Shown: positions 56,196 to 64,000 of the stretch, piece by piece
Layout of the letters: every line of letters starts with the position of its first letter
Numbering within the stretch: position 1 is the stretch's first letter
Assembly (NCBI GenBank): GCA_951406725.2
Contig: OX597838.1
Location: 14,260,001-14,324,000 of the forward strand
Direction: 5' to 3'
Source of the DNA: Octopus vulgaris
Taxonomy: Eukaryota
DNA length: 64,000 bases
Program-made: the position numbers and the translations under genes
Notes under the pieces: generated by a model
Seen by the model: the letters and a program-made list of their open reading frames with translations, nothing else
Told to the model about the DNA's origin: nothing
Databases searched by the model: none

Positions 56196-56479
56196 TAATC
56201 AGGACTCACGCCATTAGCCACGAAGAATAATCTCTAATTCGAGCCTACTCAAAGCTACTAAGAGTGCGTGCGGCAACTTGAAGATCCACCCACCACACGC
56301 GATGGACTGGCGGTTGCACGGGCGCGAAAGCTACGTTGTTATCCTCATTCCGCAAACGGTGGCTTTTAACGGGCGGAGAGCTGAACCATCCTAGGGTACA
56401 GAGAATTCGCAATCTAGACTAGGGTCTGAAAGTTTACCACACCATAGTGGGTTACACCATGGTTCCTCTGCTTTGTGGC

Positions 56480-56646
56480 AGAAGTAGGAAGAAATAGTGA
56501 AAGAAAGTTCTGGTGAAAGAGTACAGCGGGGTTCACCACCCTTCCCCGCCGGAGCCTCGTGGAGCTTAGGAATTTTTGCTCAAATCGAAACCGCGTTCTT
56601 ACGACCGCGAGTCCGCTACCCTAACCACTGGGCCACTGTGCCTCCA
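56480..56646 (-). mobile_element. Partial SINE family E
   Basis: Head and middle match family E, with an internal deletion. Confidence 0.75.
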
Positions 56647-56786
56647 CTGGTGTTGTTGTTGTCGTTGTCTAACCTCAGGTCTGTTTTGATTTATTCAGCC
56701 AATAATGTTCCAGTTGTCATCATGCTATCTTTTTATTCTGGCATAATGTATCTAGGACTACATTATATAATCAGACATGGTATATA

Positions 56787-56991
56787 CTCTTTACTCTTTT
56801 ACTTGTTTCAGTCATTTTGACTGCGGCCATGCTGGAGCACCACCTTTAGTCGAACAAATCGACCCCAGGACTTATTCTTTGGAAGCCTAGTACTTATTCT
56901 ATCGGTCTCTTTTGCCGAACCGCTAAGTTACGGGGACGTAAACACACCAGCATCAGTTGTCAAGCAATGTTGGGAGGACAAACGCAGACAC

Positions 56992-57087
<96 letters not shown>

Positions 57088-57240
57088 GTCGGGCTTCTTT
57101 CAGTTTCCGTCAATCAAATCCACTCACAAGGCTTTGGTCGGCCCAAGGCTATAGTAGAAGACACTTGCCCAAGGTACCACGCAGTGGGACTGAACCCAGG
57201 ACCATGTGGTTGTTAAGCAAGCTACTTACCACACAGCCAT
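56787..57240 (-). mobile_element. SINE family A nested in family G
   Basis: Reverse complement of family A; family G motifs on both sides. Confidence 0.9.
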
Positions 57241-57842
57241 CTCGGATTACATTTTCTAATGTATTCTTTTATTCTGACTAAACGTATCTTGGAGTACATT
57301 ATCTGATGTGCATAGAAGACACTACTTTGTCCTATAGGGAATATACGAGATTGATCTAGCTGCTCTTTCCAGCATTATAGACGAATAAGTCGAGCGACGG
57401 CCATAGAGGGGCCTCATCACTGATTAGGAGTGGGTAGGGGTCACAATATGACCCGGTCGTATGCATGTGTTTCCCGGATTTATCTCTTCCCGCCTCACTG
57501 CCATTATTGTTAAGGCCGGCAACGACTGGTTGATGGCTTGTAATGGCTGACTGGAAAGGCAGACGACAACATGTCAACTCCTGCGGGACGTTACAAATGG
57601 ACATCTGTAATGCTGTATGTCACTCACAACAAATTATTATATTAAATGTAATAAACAATAAATAAATTAACAGGCAAATAGAATAATAAAGCTAAAAGTA
57701 ATTATATAGGGTGTACATTCCGTTTGCATTGTGTGTGTGTGTGTGTGTGGGGGTATATTGGGGTGTATTATAAAGTATATTTTATTCGAATTTTGAAGAA
57801 ATATTTCGTTTCTGGAATTATACGGCAGGGAGTCACACATAT

Positions 57843-58425
57843 CAGCGTTTCTCAAATATTTTTTTTAACTATGGACCCCTTGGATTTCTATTTTACTCGG
57901 ATGGACCCGCTTAGCCATTCGAAATATCAGGAAATGTATTAATAAATTCTCTTTTACTCTTTTACTTGTTTCAGTCATGTGACTGTGGATACGCTGGAGC
58001 ACTGCTTCTTTGTAAGCCTAGTACTTATTCTATCGGTCTCTTTTGCCGAACCGCTAAGTGACGGAGACGTAAACACACCAGCATCGGTTGTCAAGCGATG
58101 TTGTGGGGACAAATACAAACACACACATATATATATATACATATATACGACAGGCTTCTTTCAGTTTCCGTCTACCAAATCCACTCACAAGGCTTTGGTC
58201 GGTACGAGGCTATAGTAGAAGACACTTACCAAAGATGCTACGCAGTGTGACTGAACCCGGAACCATGTGGTTGGTAAGCAAGCTACTTACCACACAGCCA
58301 CTCCTACGCCTGTTAAACTATTTTGTGCGTTGTAGAAGTATAAAAAAATTATTGCTCATAAATTTTAACAACAAACTCTTATACGGATCCCTAAGGGTCG
58401 TGTGGATCCCAGTTGAGAATCCCTG
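57843..58425. mobile_element. hAT-like MITE with nested SINE A (57949-58310, minus)
   Basis: TIRs CAGCGTTTCTCAA / TTGAGAATCCCTG, subterminal TGGACCC motifs, imperfect 8-bp TSD ACACATAT/TCATATAT; a related end lies at about 25330-25400. Confidence 0.7.
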
Positions 58426-58691
58426 TCATATATCATTTGAGGATTGGAAAAAAAAACTTCGATGAATTGAGATTAACCAATTAGTGAACAAAATTCTCTC
58501 AAGAGGGTACTTAAAATGTAAAAAATACAAAACACAAGGGAAGTAACTGCAATAAGATCAAATGACTGAAATATCCAGACAATATAGACAATGCAGATGA
58601 GAAGGGTTTTTGTCTTTAAAAGCCAAAAGTAAGCGTAATGGTATACTTGACATTTGATGGTGCAGATCAAACGTAAGTTCGTGTGTGCAAG

Positions 58692-59200
58692 TGGAGGCGC
58701 GTGGCTTAGTGGTTAGGGTGTTGAACTCATGATCGTAAGGTTGTGGTTTCGATTCCTGGACCGGGCGATGCGTTGTGTTCTTGAGCAAAACACTTCATTT
58801 TATGTTGCTACAGTCTACTCAGCTGGCAAAAATGAGTAACGCTGCGATGGACTGGCGTTCCGTCCAGGTGGGGAATTTCTATGCCACTGAAACTGGGAAA
58901 CCGGCCCTTATGAGCCTGGCATGGCTCGAGAAGTAACATTTATGTGAAGGCACGTGGCTTAGTGGTTAGGGTGTCTGTACCATTATTGTTAGATTGTGGT
59001 TTCGATTCCTGGACCGGGCGATGCGTTGTGTTCTTGAGCAAAACACTTCATTTTATGTTGCTCCAGTCTACTCAGCTGGCAAAAATGAGTAACGCTGCGA
59101 TGGATTGGCGTTCCGTCCAGCTGGGTTGCACGTATGCTATTGAAACCGGGAAACCGGGCCCAAGAGCCTGGCTAGGCTTTAAAAGGGCGCATTTATTTAT
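58692..59200 (+). mobile_element. Two head-to-tail SINE F copies with different 3' ends (58692-58940, 58945-59200)
   Basis: Both heads GGC.CGTGGCTTAGTGGTTAGGGTG; tails GGCATGGCTCGAGAAG versus GGCTAGGCTTTAAAAGGGCGC. Confidence 0.9.
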
Positions 59201-59308
59201 ATTTTTTTGTGTGTGTCTATATAGTTTTGTTCTCGTATCATCATCATCATCATCATCATTATTATTATTATTATTATTACTATTATTATTATTATTATTA
59301 TTATTATT

Positions 59309-59350
<42 letters not shown>

Positions 59351-59369
59351 GTCGTCGTCGTCGTCGTCG

Positions 59370-59418
<49 letters not shown>

Positions 59419-59852
59419 TATCATTATTATTATTATTATTATTGTTATCATTATTATTATTATTAATAGCCAACTCATTAACTAATAAATTACTTGACAC
59501 ACCATTTGATCAACCAAACTCCTTTCCTTGTCAATGGCGCAGTCAGTGACGCGCATCTCGTTGCTCGAGATCTACCAATGTTGTAGCCAAACTCCAAAAC
59601 AATTTGGAAAGAGCGTGGAAGATCTGGACCACCAAGTGCACATTATTGATGAGGTCGAGAATTACGACAAGAGGGACTCTGACAAACAAGCTGTTTGATT
59701 GATCAAACGATTATTAAAAGAATCGATTAGTTAATTGCGTAATGGAACAAGTGATTGTCATTTTATTGGCAATACACCTCTCTCCCAAGACACAATAACA
59801 TCTGTTTAAATAAAGAATTTCGCATCAAAAATTCTAACAAAAGCAGAATACC

Positions 59853-59907
<55 letters not shown>

Positions 59908-60049
59908 TAATGTATGTTTGTGTGTGTACATTATATGTGTGTGTGTGTACATTATATGTGTGTGTGTGTATATATATATATGTCTGTCTATATATATATA
60001 TATATATACATATACACATACATATATATGTATATATGTATATATGTAC

Positions 60050-60112
<63 letters not shown>

Positions 60113-60125
60113 TGTTTAAATCTAT

Positions 60126-60535
60126 AGGCGTAGGAGTGGCTGTGTGGTAAGTAGCTTGCTTACGAACCACATGGTTCTGAATTCAGTCTCACTGCGTGGC
60201 ACCTTGGGTAAGTGTCTTCTACTATAGCCTTGGGCTGACCAAAGACTTGTGAGTAGATTTGGTAGACGGAAACTGAAAGCCCGTCGTATATATGTATATA
60301 TATATATGTATGTGTGTGTATGTGTTTGTGTGTCTGTGTTTGTCCCCCAACATTGCTTGACAACCGATGCTGGTGTGTTCACGTCCCTGTAACTTAGCGG
60401 TTCGGCAAAATAAACCGATAGAATGAGTACTAGGCTTACAAAGAATAAGTCCTGAGGTCGATTTGCTCGACTAAAGGCGGTGCTCCAGCATGGCCACAAT
60501 CAAATGACTGAAACAAGTAAAAGAGTAAAAAGAGT
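60126..60535 (+). mobile_element. SINE family A, full length
   Basis: Full match to family A. Confidence 0.9.
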
Positions 60536-61304
60536 GTAGGAAAAATTCTATCGTCACTAATTGTGATTGAGGGTGCTAGGTAGCACCTATATTGCTAGAA
60601 ATAAGAATTAATACCCTTAAAACTGCAGGGTAACACATTGTCATATACTGACGGGAAGATAAAATAAGTAGCAGGCTTAAGAATAAAAAATTCTTCAAGG
60701 CGGTACCCCAGGGTGGCTGCTGTTGAATGATTGAAACGAGTAAAGGATAAAATATATATATACACCTGTTTATCTTCCTCACCAACTATCCTTGTGAGTT
60801 TCGTGGGTAAGGGGTAGGATCCTTAGGCACTTCTTACTTAGGGATCAATTAATAGCAACCGTCATTAGACTTTTCCATTTGAATTCCCAAAAGTGACCAA
60901 GTGAGACTATAGATATTATACAGCCATCTCGCTTTCTGTCTCTCCGAAAGTCTTCAGCCGTTGACCTTAGCTAGAAGAATCTGTCTTGCGATTATTTCCT
61001 GCGACATTTAATCCTATGTTCGTAATACCGGATTCAAAAGAATTAGGTCATTAAATAGTAAAGCAACCAGGTCGGGTCAATGAAATCGCTATTGTGTACA
61101 AAAAAATATACTCACCTGACGAATACGACTTTATTTTTCATATTATGTAATAACTCTAGTCATCAATAAAAAAACACGTCTGAAACAGCTGTAGTGAGTG
61201 AACCACTATCCATCTGCTATTATTTGTTTATATATATGCGTTTATATATATATATATATATACACACACATGCTGACATTCACACATATATATATGTATG
61301 TATC

Positions 61305-61352
<48 letters not shown>

Positions 61353-61413
61353 TGTATGTATATATGGATATATACACGTATATCTATATCTACATGTACA
61401 TATACATACATAT

Positions 61414-61469
<56 letters not shown>

Positions 61470-62294
61470 GCATATACATCTCTATCTATCTATCTGTCTA
61501 TCTATCTATAACTGTATATACACACATATACACACACAGATCTTTATACGTGTACGTACATACCTACATACATATACACATGCATACATACATGCATACA
61601 TATACTCATGCATGCATGCATATATAGAGACATGCATACCCGCTTGCTTGCATACATGCACGCAGATATACATACACTATCATACATGCACGTACAATAT
61701 GGTAGCTAACAAAACGAAGATAGGCAGCTCAACAACAAAGAGAGACAAAATATTGTCGAAGCCACTCGACTAGGAGCGGGCGTCAGCCTTGGCCAAGAAA
61801 ACCGGAGCATGTCATTAGCGGATTATCTAATAGTAGAAGGTTGTGGAAAGGGTTGGCGGCTGAGTTCGTTGGGAGGCTTATTATTGTGTCGTGTCGTGTC
61901 GTGTCGTGTCGGTAGAGGGCAGGACTGTCGATGGCGAACGGAGATGTGTGGGAGGACAATATTGTTCGATGGAAAGGGCAAGGAAAGCTGGTTGAGAACG
62001 AGTGAAAATTTGATATGACACGCCCGCGGGAGAACCACTGGCGGTGGTGATGGTGATGGCGGTGTGGAAGTGTGTTTGTGTGTGTGTTTGTGAGTGTGTG
62101 TGTATGTGTTGGAGTGACTATGGTTGTGATGGACGTTGTGATGCTGGTGGTGCTGGTGGTGGTGGTGGTAGTGTTGGTGATGGTAAAGTTGTAATGGGTA
62201 TTGGTGGTTGTCGAGGCGGTGGTGGTTTGACGGTTAGCAAGTGGTGTGTGTGTGTGTTATTGTATTTATTCTTTCGGATGCTACATGCAAACAC

Positions 62295-62363
<69 letters not shown>

Positions 62364-62539
62364 CGCACATATATGAGTGTGTGTTTACGTATGTATGTGT
62401 ATGTATGTCTCTCTCCCTATATATATACTTATGTGCGTGTGTGTATAAATTTGTACTTACATATATACGTGCCTGTGTATGTGTGCGTGTGTTTTGTGTG
62501 TGCATAGGTGTGTGTTTGTATTTTTCAGTATGCGATTGC

Positions 62540-62735
62540 ATGTATGTATGTATGTATGTGTGTATGTATATATGTATGCGTGCATGTATGTATTATGAGT
62601 GTATGTATGTATATGTGTGTATGTATATATGTGTGTGTGTATGTATGTATGTGTGTATGTATGTATGTATGTATGTATGTATGTATGTGTGTGTGTGTAT
62701 GTATGTATGTGTGTATGTATGTATGTATGTATGTA

Positions 62736-62766
<31 letters not shown>

Positions 62767-63060
62767 ATTATGTGTGTATGTATGTATGTGTGTGTATGTA
62801 TGTATGTATGTATGTATGTATGTATGTGTGTATGTATGTATGTATGTATGTATGTATGTATGTATGTATGTATGTATGTATGTATGTGTGTGTGTGTATG
62901 TATGTATGTATGTATGTATGTGTGTGTGTGTATGTGTGTGCTTGTGTGTGTGCATATACAATGTCTGTGTTTCCTCAACGCACTTCTTGTAAATACAAAC
63001 CAAACCTCTATTTTTCGGTGAATCAACCCCCACCCCCACTCGCAGGACCCCACACCACCA

Positions 63061-63105
<45 letters not shown>

Positions 63106-63177
63106 CATTATTATTATTATTATCATTATTATTATTATTATTTATTATTATTATTATTATTATTATCATTATTATTA

Positions 63178-63235
<58 letters not shown>

Positions 63236-63440
63236 CATTATTATTATTATTATCATTATTGTTATTATTATTATTATTATCATTATTATTATTATTATTA
63301 TTATCATTATTATTATTAATATTATTATTATCATCATTATTATTATTATTATCATTATTATTATAATTATTATTAATATTATTATCATTATCATCATTAT
63401 TATTATTATTATTATTGATATTATTATTACCACCATTATA
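62540..63440. repeat. (TATG)n (62540-62940) and (ATT)n (63062-63440) microsatellites
   Basis: Direct reading. Confidence 0.95.
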
Positions 63441-63514
63441 ATTAACACACCATCTTCTGTGGTGTAGCTACTAACACAGCAACCACCACTACCACCACCA
63501 CCACCACCACCATC

Positions 63515-63545
<31 letters not shown>

Positions 63546-64000
63546 GCGACAACATTATCATTGTCAACACTATTACCGCCACCCCAATCCCTGTACCCTG
63601 ATTACTACTACGACAGCCACTACTATAACCGTACTTCCCACTACTATCACCACCACCAATACCATCACCCCACCCCCAATAACAACAACAACAACATCAG
63701 CAACAACACCGTCGCCGCGCGGCCCCTAATGTTATCACTGCTATCAATGTTCCAAAGAGAGGTTTCTCGACCTGTTAGAAACCATAGCCAAGACTCCCTG
63801 AAACCACACACTTATCTTCTAAAGAAAAAAGGACACATAATGCAGTGTCGGGCTTTCTGCAGTTAAAAAAAACCCGGATAGGATTGTCACGGTTAGAACG
63901 TCTTTAACCAACCATAGGTCTGATTATTTGGGGCTGACCAGCGGCAAAACAACATCTCCACTTCCTCCTCCTCCTCCTCCTCCTCCACCACCACCTCCAC

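Noticed and set aside
57437-57453. GGGTCA-N5-TGACCC as an estrogen response element
   Set aside because: Spacer is 5 rather than 3 nt, and the motif is common in MITE remnants.
61110-61185. Strong minus-strand donor CAG|GTGAGT suggesting an exon
   Set aside because: The putative exon is AT-rich with no coding signal; single motif matches are expected by chance.

Overview
Eukaryotic, repeat-saturated non-coding DNA (intergenic or a very large intron). The repeat families and the extreme microsatellite load strongly resemble an octopus/coleoid cephalopod genome (inference, not database-confirmed). I found no intact host protein-coding gene, tRNA, rRNA or CRISPR array; nearly all long ORFs in the supplied track are translations of microsatellites. 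The window holds roughly 40 copies of at least six tRNA-derived SINE families, 5'-truncated RTE LINEs, decayed R4/Dong and CR1/Jockey-type LINEs, Penelope-like (PLE) RT/GIY-YIG remnants, mariner and maT-type DNA transposons, MITEs (hAT-like, Merlin-like, mariner-derived), a non-autonomous Helitron and a solo LTR. Most interesting signals: (1) seven dispersed minimal type I hammerhead-ribozyme-like motifs from four unrelated short repeat families, with palindromic stem III and non-canonical cores, next to PLE remnants; (2) a 6 x 232-bp tandem array whose unit is multi-hairpin, carries a decayed SINE/Pol III box and shows higher-order structure; (3) SINE concatemers with an identical 184-bp period and junction at two separate loci, suggesting a circular or multimeric template; (4) a heat-shock-element array followed by TATA and Inr-like motifs. 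Coordinates of decayed repeats are approximate (about +/-10-30 bp).
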